Below, one piece after another: positions 1 through 10,028 of a stretch of 61,634 nt of DNA (the stretch's first letter is position 1; each line of letters begins with the position of its first letter). The translations under genes and the position numbers were made by a program. A model generated the notes under the pieces. It was not told the origin of the DNA. It saw nothing but the letters and a program-made list of their open reading frames with translations, and did no database searches. This stretch comes from Verrucomicrobiota bacterium. GTDB lineage: Bacteria > Verrucomicrobiota > Verrucomicrobiia > Opitutales > Seribacteraceae. The stretch spans positions 1 to 61,634 of the forward strand of contig JAQBYT010000020.1 of assembly GCA_027622665.1 (NCBI GenBank), in the 5' to 3' direction.

Positions 1-1
1 T

Positions 2-673
2 GAAGGAGATAGTTACCTGGGTGCGCTGCAGCATTACGTGCATTTGAATCCGGTGCGCGCAGGGATGTGCACCGTGGATGAGTTGAAGGAGTATCGGTGG
101 TCGAGTTATTGGTATTTATGGAATCCGCGCAAGCGGCCTGAGTTCATGGATTTTTCCGGTGCTTTGGAGCATGCCGGGGGCTTGAAGGACACGCCTGCGG
201 GGCGCCGGGAATATCGGGAGTATCTTGTTTGGCTCAGTGCGAATGGAGCTGCTCAAAAAGAGATGGCCTTTGAAAAGATGTGCCGAGGGTGGGCGCTTGG
301 CACTAAGTCCTTTAAGCAAGGTCTGCTTGAATCGGAAGGGCTGCTGAAGGAGGGCTCTTTCGAGGGGTTGCGACGGGAAGGCAAGGAGTTGCACGAAGCC
401 AATGAGCTTCAGTGGGAGAACCTTTTGGAAAGAATGCTCTCTACGTTGCAGAAGAACGATAGCGCAATTTTGTCTGAGAAGAAGTCGGCGCAATGGAAAG
501 TGTGGGTCGCCGATGTGCTCAAACGCCACACTGCCGCCACAAACGTGTGGATCGCGTCAAAACTTAATATGGGAGCGCCTCAGTCGGTTTCGATACTCAC
601 GAGCCGATTGAAACAACAACAGAAGCAGAGGAAGGATATTGCTTATTATGAATTTATTCAAAACATTACGTAA
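2..673 (+). mobile_element. Y1 HUH transposase (REP-associated tyrosine transposase/IS200-like), 5'-truncated by window edge
   Basis: Frame open from position 2: ...YLGALQHYVHLNPVRAG...EYRWSSY. YxHxNPVRAG and Y(R/P)WSS are typical RAYT/Y1_Tnp motifs; possible C-terminal HTH extension. Confidence 0.85.
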
Positions 674-698
674 TGACCCCTTTTCTGGTGAGAAAAAA

Positions 699-774
<76 letters not shown>

Positions 775-1347
775 ATACCCGTTCGAGAAGAACGCCTCAT
801 GTAGGTGACTTGGCCCTTGATTTGATTTTCATAAGGTAGGTTTGTAAGGGGTTCAAAATCGAATCCCTAAGCCATGCCTACCTGGACAAAAGTCAAAAAC
901 GTAGAGTCTCCGCACCTTCATAAGAACATTGGATACTACGTCAGGACCCACGCCGGTCAAGAATCTTTCAAATCGTTCCGTACCAAGAGGCTCGCGAGGA
1001 ATGGGAAATAATGGGGTTGAAGCAGTCGCAAATCCCGCGCTGCGTCTTTCCGGACGAACCTCGTGAATGGATTCTACCAAAGTTACCTGAACGGAGAATA
1101 ACAAAGGATAGAACCTCGATCCCCTAACGGTACTTCGCCCAGCCAAGAGTAAAATGAGACGGGGAGTGCCTTCCTAATCCAGTAGAACTCCCGACCCAAC
1201 GCCTAGAGGTTATCCAAGACTTCGTCGTCCAGCTTGTCTTGACCTTAGCGCAAAATCTTCAGGTCCTTTTCGATGCGGACTATCCTCAATACTCATTTTC
1301 GACTTGCGAAGTCCGTCTGTGCATGGAACACAGGCAAAGCCTTTATT

Positions 1348-2607
1348 ATGTCTGATTCCAGATCTACAACTAAAACTTCCTCCGAAGAGACCAATGCGCG
1401 CCGCAACATCATTGTCGCCGCACTGGCGATTCTGGTGATCGCAGCTACCATTTATAGTGTAAGGCTGATGCAAGATGCGCCCATTGCCGGATCGGGTGGT
1501 CCGGATGGAGCACCGATGTCAATGCCGCCCGCCGCAGTATACGTAGAAACGCTACTCAAAGAATCCGTACAGGCGGAAGCCATCGTGACGGGAATCTTAC
1601 GCGCGGCGTCCGAAGCTAAAATTGCAGCGCGCGAACCGGGCGCGATAGTGGAAATGCTAGTCGACGAGGGTGATGAGATTAAGCAAAACGACGTCATTGC
1701 CAAGCTCGACGACCGAAGAATAACGGCTTTGATCGAAGAGGCTCAAGCCACATTGGCATCGGCAAAGGGACTGGCAGGTCAAAGGAAGGCCGAACTCGAA
1801 AGGGCCGAGTCCGATCTCGGCATGAAACGCAGATTGAGAGATTCGAAGGCAGTTTCGCAAAGCGACGTGCTAGATGCGGAACGAGCATTGGCGGTAGCAA
1901 TTGCGCAAAGCGGCGTGGCCACCGATGGAATCGCCGAAGCGGAAAGCCGCCTGAGTTTTCTGAGCGTTCAGCTGGAGGATCTTACCATTCGAGCACCCTT
2001 CGACGGCGTTATAGTAGAGCGTCGATCCGAGCCGGGCGAATGGGTCGCCGCCGGTACAATTGTGGCCTCGCTAGTAACAATCGATCCAGTTGAGGCTTGG
2101 CTGCGCGTCCCGTCTAGGCATCTCGACTACCTGAATTCCGATTCTCCAAACTTCCGTGTACGCCGGTCGTCCTCCGGACAAATCATAACTCCGCATAAAA
2201 TTGAAATCATTCCGAAGGTTGAATCATTGAGTCAGTTGTTCACGATAGTCGCAACCATCCCCAATACCACGAGAAAGCTTGCCTCCGGCGAATCCGTAAC
2301 AGGTCTTCTGCCCGTGGGAGAACTGGAGCCTCACTGGCTCTTTTCCACAGATGCCGTGATCCGGTCGGTTTCGGGCGAGTTTGCCTATGTCGCAGCAAAG
2401 TCCGAAAAAGAAGGTGACTTGCCGGTGGCACGAAGAATTCCCATAAATATCGCTTTTGAAAGGGGCAATAAGGTCTATGTTCCCGTCGCTGGGAGTGAGT
2501 TCACCATGGACGATCAAATTATCGTAGAAGGCAATGAACGCCTAATGCCCGGCAGGTCGCTAATGGTAAAGGTCAGAGAAGAACCTCGCTCGGCCCCTGC
2601 TCGATGA
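1348..2607 (+). CDS. RND efflux periplasmic adaptor (membrane fusion protein)
   Basis: N-terminal TM, lipoyl halves (GAIVEMLVDEGD; IRAPFDGVIVER), coiled coil; overlaps RND permease start. Start chosen at ATG 1348. Confidence 0.9.
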   Translation: MSDSRSTTKTSSEETNARRNIIVAALAILVIAATIYSVRLMQDAPIAGSGGPDGAPMSMPPAAVYVETLLKESVQAEAIVTGILRAASEAKIAAREPGAIVEMLVDEGDEIKQNDVIAKLDDRRITALIEEAQATLASAKGLAGQRKAELERAESDLGMKRRLRDSKAVSQSDVLDAERALAVAIAQSGVATDGIAEAESRLSFLSVQLEDLTIRAPFDGVIVERRSEPGEWVAAGTIVASLVTIDPVEAWLRVPSRHLDYLNSDSPNFRVRRSSSGQIITPHKIEIIPKVESLSQLFTIVATIPNTTRKLASGESVTGLLPVGELEPHWLFSTDAVIRSVSGEFAYVAAKSEKEGDLPVARRIPINIAFERGNKVYVPVAGSEFTMDDQIIVEGNERLMPGRSLMVKVREEPRSAPAR

Positions 2608-5600
2608 ATTTAATCGAGTATTGCATCCGGCGGCCTATTTCCGTCGCGGTGGGAATAGGCTTGTCCCTGTTGGCGGGCATTATGGCCTTTACGAGCGTGC
2701 CCGTGCAGATGAAACCAGAGGTCGATTCGGTCGTCATCTCGGTGACGACGGGTTGGGAAAGCGCATCGGCGGAAGAAATAGAGAGCGATATCGTGGAAGA
2801 GCAGGAGAAGGTCTTGGGCGACATTGCAGGTCTGGTGTCAATGACCAGCAACAGTCAAGCCGGCCGGGGTAACGTTCGGTTAGAATTTGCAACGGGAACG
2901 AACATCAAAGAGGCCAAGGCAGAGGTGTTGCAGAAACTCGATGAAGTGCCTGGTTATCCTGAAGCCGTCCTGCAACCCGTAGTAGAGGACATTGATCCCG
3001 AATCGGTTGATTTCATTGCTTGGGTGGGGCTTTCCTCAACCGACGTCGAGTTCGATACCACTACTCTTTACGACTTCATGGAGCGCCGATTGAAGCCTCG
3101 TTTCGATAGACTGGAGGGCGTATCTCAGGTTGGTATTCGCGGAGGCAGGAAATCGGAGATTCAGATTCGCGTAAAAGCACGAGCACTTGCTGAACGAGGC
3201 TTGACCTGGAACCAGCTGAGTACGGCCATCCGTAATGCCAACCAAAATTTTTCAGCAGGTAAGCTAAAGGAAGGTAAGCGCGACATTCGAGTCCGCTCCA
3301 CAGGACGATTCGAAACGCCGAAATCGATCATGGATATGATCATAAGGCGAGATAGCGGAGGACCAGTCTACGTTCGAGACGTCGCGGAAGTCGTGGAAAC
3401 TTACAAGGAAAAAACCGACTGGGCGCGAGCACGCGGCAACCAGATGCCATTCTTCAATTTCTTGCTCCAACGAGGAGGCAACCTGATCGGCACTATGGAT
3501 CGGATCAAGGAAGAGATCGCCTCGATGAATGGACCGGCAGGATTACTTGAGGAGCATTCACGCGAACTCGGGCTCAACGGCAAACTCGAACTCGTTCAAG
3601 TTTATGACGCCACCACCTACGTAGAAGATGCGATAGACTTGGTTCAAAGCAACATCGTGATCGGAGGTATTTTGGCGACGTTGACCTTGTTGTTCTTCCT
3701 GCGCTCACTCCGAACCGTCGGCATTATAGGCGTGGCCATTCCCATTTCCGTAATCGCCGCCATAGTGGTACTTGTCTCGCTTGGACGTTCAGTAAACATA
3801 ATTTCACTGGCAGGAATGGCCTTCGCCGTGGGAATGGTCGTCGACAATGCAATAGTGGTAATCGAGAACATCTATCGACATCTCGAACTAGGGAAAAACC
3901 CAAGGATTGCGGCGAAGGACGGTGCCACGGAGGTGGCTGGGGCAGTCATGGCCTCAACCATAACGACAATGGCGGTGTTCCTTCCTATTCTGCTCATACA
4001 AGAAACCGCAGGACAATTATTCAAAGACATAGCTTATGCAATAATGGCTGCGGTAGGATTGAGCTTGATCGTATCCCTAACAGTGATTCCGACGGCTGCC
4101 GCCCGTGTCCTCAAACAAGGAGAAACCATGCCAAAGGGAAGAAAGCGAATAGGGTTCGCCCCCTTGGCATTCCTCCGTCGCATGGCAAACGCCCTACCCG
4201 ATCTCGTTGGGGGTATCGTCGCCTTCGTGAACAGAAGCTGGTCACTCCGAATAGGGGTCATATTGATTTTCACAATCGGAACTGTAGTCGGTATAAAACT
4301 TCTAATGCCCCCACTCGATTACCTTCCGAAGGGAAACCGCAATCTAGTGTTCGGGCTTCTGATTCCTCCTCCCGGGTATAATCTCGACCAACTCACAAAG
4401 ATGGGCGAACGCATCGAGTCTCGGATGAAGCCGTTCTGGGAAGCGGCGCCCGATCAATTTGCCGTAGAAACCGTCCAACGCGGAAACTCTCCAAAGGAGG
4501 ATCGCAGAACCAAGGTTCCCTCATTTCCAGGGGGACCTCCTACAGTACTTCCTCCACCAATCGAAAATTATTTCCTAGTCAGTTTTGAAGGGCGAATGTT
4601 TCACGGAGCCATCTCCGCCGACAAAAGTAAGGTCGCAGACCTGATCCCATTGATGAACAACGCAGCCGGGGGGCACAACGCACCCGATGCGATTGCATTC
4701 TCTTTTCAAATGCCTCTCTTCCGCGTCGGAGGTAACACCGGCTCGGCAATCAAGATCGATTTAAAAGGTCGAGACCTCGATCAAGTCATCGCTTCCGCTC
4801 AGTCAGTGATGTTCGGGCTCATCGGCAACTTCGGTCCCTATAGCGTAAATCCTGATCCGGCAAACTTCGCAATGCCTTCGACGGAGTTGCGAATCGTGCC
4901 GCTCGATCGCGCCCTGCTCAAGGTGGGACTTACGCGACGCGACGTCGGGCTAGCGGCGCAAGCCAACGGAGACGGCATACTTTTTTTTAGAGACTATGAG
5001 CGAGAAGGTGAATTGCTTGACTTGAAAGTCATCAGCGAGGATGCCAATGGCAAACACCCCATCGATGGAATTCTCAATGCACCGATCGCGACAGGCAACG
5101 GATCCATCGTTGATTTGCGCACTCTGGCTTCCGTAGAGCGAGTCCGCGGACCCAATGAGATTCGCCATGTGGATCGCTCGCGAGCCGTTACTCTTCAATT
5201 CACTCCACCGGCGGGTATGCCATTGGAGACAGCAATCGAGAAAGTAGAGGCCTTGGTGGCACAATTGCGCGATAGCGGTAAAATCCACCCCGGACTTGAA
5301 GTCGGTCTGGCAGGATCGGCCGGCAAGCTGAATGAGATCAAACGGGCTCTGCTCGGCGAAGGCGGCATTCTCGGAACTGTGTCGAGCTCGTTGTTTCTAT
5401 CGTTCCTAGTAGTTTATCTCGTGATGGTCGTTCTTTTCCAGAGCTGGAGTTCGCCAGTGGTCATAATGTTGACAGTACCGCTCGCGACACTCGGTGGGTT
5501 CCTTGGACTGGCGGCAGTTCATTTCTGGAGCAACCTCGACCCTTACATGCCGGTTCAAAACCTCGATATGTTGAGCATTCTCGGGTTCATCATCCTCGCC

Positions 5601-5969
5601 GGCGTAGTGGTGAATAACGCCATACTCATCATTCACCAGACATTGAATTTTCTTAAAAACCCAGAGTCGGGAGCCGAGACACCGGAAAAGGCGATTATTG
5701 CTTCTGTGCGAACTCGTGTGCGGCCTATCCTCATGAGTTCGCTTACCTCAGTAGGCGGAATGATCCCACTGGTACTGCTGCCAGGCGCAGGCTCCGAGCT
5801 TTACCGAGGACTTGGCGCCGTAGTGGTTGGAGGGCTTTTGGTCTCGACTATTTTCACTCTAGTTCTGGTACCCGCAGTCCTAAGTATCGTTTATTCCGTA
5901 CTCGATCCGCGGAAAAACCTAAGAATCAACGAGACCATTCAAGAATTCACTGAGAACCCAACTACCTGA
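2604..5969 (+). CDS. RND efflux permease (AcrB/AcrD/AcrF family)
   Basis: 1121 aa; IRRPISV N-terminus, GMVVDNAIVVIENI and GVVVNNAIL motifs, RVRPILMS. Confidence 0.95.
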   Translation: MNLIEYCIRRPISVAVGIGLSLLAGIMAFTSVPVQMKPEVDSVVISVTTGWESASAEEIESDIVEEQEKVLGDIAGLVSMTSNSQAGRGNVRLEFATGTNIKEAKAEVLQKLDEVPGYPEAVLQPVVEDIDPESVDFIAWVGLSSTDVEFDTTTLYDFMERRLKPRFDRLEGVSQVGIRGGRKSEIQIRVKARALAERGLTWNQLSTAIRNANQNFSAGKLKEGKRDIRVRSTGRFETPKSIMDMIIRRDSGGPVYVRDVAEVVETYKEKTDWARARGNQMPFFNFLLQRGGNLIGTMDRIKEEIASMNGPAGLLEEHSRELGLNGKLELVQVYDATTYVEDAIDLVQSNIVIGGILATLTLLFFLRSLRTVGIIGVAIPISVIAAIVVLVSLGRSVNIISLAGMAFAVGMVVDNAIVVIENIYRHLELGKNPRIAAKDGATEVAGAVMASTITTMAVFLPILLIQETAGQLFKDIAYAIMAAVGLSLIVSLTVIPTAAARVLKQGETMPKGRKRIGFAPLAFLRRMANALPDLVGGIVAFVNRSWSLRIGVILIFTIGTVVGIKLLMPPLDYLPKGNRNLVFGLLIPPPGYNLDQLTKMGERIESRMKPFWEAAPDQFAVETVQRGNSPKEDRRTKVPSFPGGPPTVLPPPIENYFLVSFEGRMFHGAISADKSKVADLIPLMNNAAGGHNAPDAIAFSFQMPLFRVGGNTGSAIKIDLKGRDLDQVIASAQSVMFGLIGNFGPYSVNPDPANFAMPSTELRIVPLDRALLKVGLTRRDVGLAAQANGDGILFFRDYEREGELLDLKVISEDANGKHPIDGILNAPIATGNGSIVDLRTLASVERVRGPNEIRHVDRSRAVTLQFTPPAGMPLETAIEKVEALVAQLRDSGKIHPGLEVGLAGSAGKLNEIKRALLGEGGILGTVSSSLFLSFLVVYLVMVVLFQSWSSPVVIMLTVPLATLGGFLGLAAVHFWSNLDPYMPVQNLDMLSILGFIILAGVVVNNAILIIHQTLNFLKNPESGAETPEKAIIASVRTRVRPILMSSLTSVGGMIPLVLLPGAGSELYRGLGAVVVGGLLVSTIFTLVLVPAVLSIVYSVLDPRKNLRINETIQEFTENPTT

Positions 5970-5972
5970 CGC

Positions 5973-7400
5973 ATGTCGAGATCATTTAAAAAATTACAAT
6001 TCAAAGCCTTGGTTGCTACGGCTGTAATTCTTTCAGGTTGCGGCTCGTTTACCGAAAGTCGAAGCCCGAACCCGGACGAAGGGGTTCCCCTTGCCCCTGA
6101 TAAATTTCTCCACAATGAAGCCCCCTCTAGCGAAGCTATCATTTCCTCGCCGGAAGCATGGTGGCGTATCTTCAACGATCCCACTCTAGACTCCTTGATC
6201 GAGAAACTAGAAAACGCAAATCCGGACATCGAAGCCGCTCTCGCCCGAATGGATCAGAGTTTCGCAGTTCTAGGCATTACTCGTTCCGCGCTGTTTCCAA
6301 CCGTTAAAGGAGAATTGTCCGCCGGTCGCCGCCGCGATTCGCTAAATAACCTTCTCTTTCCTCTATCGACTCCCGAATACGAACGCTATGGAATCGGGGT
6401 CAGCGCATCGTGGGAATGGGATCTATGGGGACGCGTCCGCGGTACAGTCAAGCGAGACCGACTTAGGGCCGAAGCCGAAAAATTTGATTTCCAATACCTA
6501 CTGCTTTCACTGCAGGCAAATCTTGCACGCCAGTATTTCGCCATTAGGTCGACAGAGGCAGAATTGGAAATCCTTAAAGATGCAGTAAGAATCCGTGAAG
6601 AAAATCTAAACTTACAGGAATCTCGCCTAAAGCTTGGAACCGGAGTGGAGATCGACGTAGCCCGGGCAAGAGTCGAGTTCCACAATGCGCTCGCGGTGAA
6701 AGAATCCGCCACAAGAAAGCTCGGGAAACTAAAACATGCAATTGCCGTGCTTATCGGCGTTGCCACCTCCGAATTCAAAGGAGAATTGCCGACGATCGAA
6801 AAGTCGTCACTGGCCACTCCGGTAATCCCCCCGGGAATCCCTTCCTCACTTCTAGACCGTCGAGCCGACCTACGCGCTGCCGATCAAACGCTAAGAGCAG
6901 CAGCAATTCAAATCGGCATTCGCAAATCGGACTTCCTTCCCAAGATCACGCTTAACGGGAGCAGCGGCCTCGCAAGCCTGAAATCCAGTGACCTTTTTTC
7001 TGCCGACAGCCAATTTTTCGATATTGGCCCAAAGATAAACATTCCGATCTTCCAAGCACGAGCACGGCAATCATCGCTTGACCATGCCAAGGCTCAATGG
7101 CAAGAAGCCGTCGCCAACTATAGAAGCACAGTACTGACAGCCGTTCGAGAAGTCGACGACGCTCTGCTTGACCTCCAAAGCCTGCAACGCGAGTTGATGG
7201 CAAGAAACGAAGCGGTAAAAGCCGCCACTCAAACCGCCGAGTCGGCGAAAAACCGTCACGACAGTGGCCTAGCCAGCTACTTTGAATTCATCGATGCAGA
7301 ACGCGAGCGCCTACAAGCAAGACTTTCCGAAAACTCCTTGATAGGGGAAAGACGGGCGGCCGCCGTCAGCTTGGTTCAAGCACTCGGAGGTAGTTGGTAG
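5973..7400 (+). CDS. RND efflux outer-membrane lipoprotein (NodT/OprM/TolC family)
   Basis: Lipobox ILSGC, WWRIFNDPTL, SWEWDLWGR, C-terminal LVQALGGSW. Confidence 0.93.
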   Translation: MSRSFKKLQFKALVATAVILSGCGSFTESRSPNPDEGVPLAPDKFLHNEAPSSEAIISSPEAWWRIFNDPTLDSLIEKLENANPDIEAALARMDQSFAVLGITRSALFPTVKGELSAGRRRDSLNNLLFPLSTPEYERYGIGVSASWEWDLWGRVRGTVKRDRLRAEAEKFDFQYLLLSLQANLARQYFAIRSTEAELEILKDAVRIREENLNLQESRLKLGTGVEIDVARARVEFHNALAVKESATRKLGKLKHAIAVLIGVATSEFKGELPTIEKSSLATPVIPPGIPSSLLDRRADLRAADQTLRAAAIQIGIRKSDFLPKITLNGSSGLASLKSSDLFSADSQFFDIGPKINIPIFQARARQSSLDHAKAQWQEAVANYRSTVLTAVREVDDALLDLQSLQRELMARNEAVKAATQTAESAKNRHDSGLASYFEFIDAERERLQARLSENSLIGERRAAAVSLVQALGGSW

Positions 7401-7653
7401 TTGGGCGCATTTATGGTTAAAACCACAATTAGCCTGTTGATTCACTACAACTTTTTCGCCGAACAAAACCCGAAGGCCTGACACCACTTCCAATTACTCT
7501 CCAGCGAGGAAGTATGGAGCTCCATTTAAGCTTAAAAAGCAACCATTCAAAGAATTCTCATCAATCACAGAAAGAGGTGCCTTTTGCATACAAAGTTGCT
7601 TGCGAGTCCAGAGTCTTTCATTGATTCTAAAACTTCAAAAAGGAAATGTTATT

Positions 7654-7965
7654 ATGTCTGAATTTAGTGAAGTAACAGTGGTTCGAGAGGCGAATGTTTA
7701 TTTTGACGGCAAAGTGACAAGTCGAACCGTCAAATTTGAGGACGGAACAAAAAAGACATTGGGCTTCATGCAAGCGGGTGAATATTCATTTGATACCGGT
7801 GTAGCCGAAGTGATGGAAATAATAGGCGGAGAAATGGAAGTGAAACTTCCGGCATCCGACTCGTGGCAAAACTTCAAAACCGGCGAACAGTTTGAAGTTC
7901 CAGAGAACTCGAAGTTTGATCTGATGGTCAAAGAGTTCGCTGACTATTGTTGCTCATATCTTTAA
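7654..7965 (+). CDS. ppnP: pyrimidine/purine nucleoside phosphorylase (DUF1255)
   Basis: [12 protein letters not shown]...KTLGFM..GEYSFDT...E.MEI...DYCCSY matches the PpnP/YaiE family. Confidence 0.88.
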   Translation: MSEFSEVTVVREANVYFDGKVTSRTVKFEDGTKKTLGFMQAGEYSFDTGVAEVMEIIGGEMEVKLPASDSWQNFKTGEQFEVPENSKFDLMVKEFADYCCSYL

Positions 7966-8050
7966 AAGCACTCATCTTCAAAATTCACCGTATTCGAAGG
8001 ACCATCGCTCGATGGGAAACCCTTGTTTTGCTAATAAGAACGAAGCGAAA

Positions 8051-9811
8051 ATGAAAAAGCACTTTTCGCAAATAAAAATCCTGCATACCCTCTTTATCGG
8101 TTTATTAACTTGGGGCCTGTTCGGCGACTTGACGGCAGCTAAAAAGCCGAATGTCTTGCTTATCGTTTGTGACGACTTGAACGATTACGTCGAGACGCTA
8201 GGAGGACATCCGCAAGTAAAGACACCGAACATCAAAAAACTTATAGATAGCGGGGTTTCCTTCACCCAAGCGCATTGTAATATTCCCATCTGCAATCCTT
8301 CGCGGGCCAGCTTTGCCACCGGAATTTACCCCCATACCTCTCAAGTGTTCGGGTTCGAGGATTGGGACAAGAACGAGATCCTCAAGAACTCGCGCACCAT
8401 GATGGCTCATTTCTCGGCCAACGGCTACCACACTCTCGGCACTGGAAAAATCATGCACAATCGAGACCGTCAGGAATGGAGCGAGTACGGACACCCTTCC
8501 GATTACGGTCCTTTCCTCTTCGATGGAAAGGACAAGATTCCACACCTTGGAGTCCCCAGCCCGTTCAGGGACGATTTCGGAATTATCGACGGTACCTTTG
8601 GTCCACTCGAAAAAGTCTCCCACAAAAAGTCACCCGCTACGGGAAAACCTTATTCTTGGGTAACCGGGGGGTGGAAGGCCCAACGCGAGCTCAAGTACGA
8701 GTCGGAGGAAAAACGCGACTCGACCGGGGACGAACTCAACGCTCAATGGGCGGTCAAACGGCTGAAGGAACTGGCTGCAGCAAAGAAACGCAAACCCTTC
8801 TTCATGGGCGTGGGCTTCGTTCGTCCGCACACGCCCTTGATCGTCCCTCAAAAATACTTCGACCGCTTTCCCCTAGACTCGATCGAGTTGCCCCTAATCA
8901 AGGAGGGCGACATCGACGACACTTTCAAGCTCACCGTTACATCCAAAGAAGACGATCGAAGCGGAAACCGAGGAACCAAGATGTACGACAGCTTGGTCGC
9001 CTCCTACAAGGGCGACCGGGTCCTTGCCCTAAAGAAATTCATCCAAGCCTACCTCGCCAGCGTTGCCTCGGTGGACGACTTGATCGGTGAAATCCTCGAC
9101 GTCGTGGACGGTTCCTCACTCAATAAGAATACCATAATCGTGTTCACCAGCGACCACGGCTGGGGAATGGGGGAAAAGGACTATTTGTACAAAAACTCCC
9201 TTTGGCAGGAAAGTACCCGCATACCTTTGGTATTACGGGCTCCCGGACTCTCCAAGGTCGGGGAAACCTGTGACCGCCCCGTCTCTCTCGTCGACCTTTA
9301 CCCCACCCTACTGGATCTTTGCGATCTCCCGTCCAACACAATGAAAAACGACAAGGGACGCCCCCTCGACGGGTTCTCCATCAAGCCCTTGCTCAAGAAC
9401 CCCACCATGGGAAAATGGAATGGCCCGGACTCCGCCCTTACCTCTCTTTACAAATGGGCCCAGTATTATGATCCGGCCAAGCAAAACTATTCCTTGCGCT
9501 CAAGCGAATGGCGCTACGTCCGCTATGAAAACGGTAAGGAGGAACTTTATGCCGTAACGAAGGATCCCTACGAATGGGATAATCTCGCGCTTGATCCAAA
9601 CCACGAGAAAACGCTGAAAAAGTATCGAGCCAAACTACTCGCCCGCATTCCCCAAAGCATTCCCGAAAAACCAAAGAGCAACGAACAATGGAAAAACGAT
9701 TACTTCAAGAAGAACCCCAAGGCGGATACGAACAAGGACGGGGATTTGTCTTGGCCCGAACTGAACGCTCACAAGAAATTAATGAATGCCCCGAAGGACG
9801 CCGAATATTAG
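8051..9811 (+). CDS. secreted sulfatase (iduronate/choline sulfatase-like) with C-terminal EF-hand-like repeat
   Basis: KKPNVLLIVCDDL, formylglycine motif CNPSRAS, GKIMH, RPHTP, FTSDHG; DTNKDGDLSWPE EF-hand-like loop. Confidence 0.92.
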   Translation: MKKHFSQIKILHTLFIGLLTWGLFGDLTAAKKPNVLLIVCDDLNDYVETLGGHPQVKTPNIKKLIDSGVSFTQAHCNIPICNPSRASFATGIYPHTSQVFGFEDWDKNEILKNSRTMMAHFSANGYHTLGTGKIMHNRDRQEWSEYGHPSDYGPFLFDGKDKIPHLGVPSPFRDDFGIIDGTFGPLEKVSHKKSPATGKPYSWVTGGWKAQRELKYESEEKRDSTGDELNAQWAVKRLKELAAAKKRKPFFMGVGFVRPHTPLIVPQKYFDRFPLDSIELPLIKEGDIDDTFKLTVTSKEDDRSGNRGTKMYDSLVASYKGDRVLALKKFIQAYLASVASVDDLIGEILDVVDGSSLNKNTIIVFTSDHGWGMGEKDYLYKNSLWQESTRIPLVLRAPGLSKVGETCDRPVSLVDLYPTLLDLCDLPSNTMKNDKGRPLDGFSIKPLLKNPTMGKWNGPDSALTSLYKWAQYYDPAKQNYSLRSSEWRYVRYENGKEELYAVTKDPYEWDNLALDPNHEKTLKKYRAKLLARIPQSIPEKPKSNEQWKNDYFKKNPKADTNKDGDLSWPELNAHKKLMNAPKDAEY

Positions 9812-10028
9812 AAGAAGCACTATTTCAAGAAAAACCCCAAGGCCGATGCCAACAAGGACGGTAAGCTTTCCTGGTCGGAATTTCACGAACACAAGAAAAG
9901 CAAGCCTCGGCAATAGAAAACATTGATTCAGTCGGAAGATTTTGAACTCCGAAAACAATTAAGGGCAAAGCCTAATGTTAAGGTTTGCGGGAGATGCAAG
10001 AGTTGCCATTCGTTTAAAGAAAACTGAA

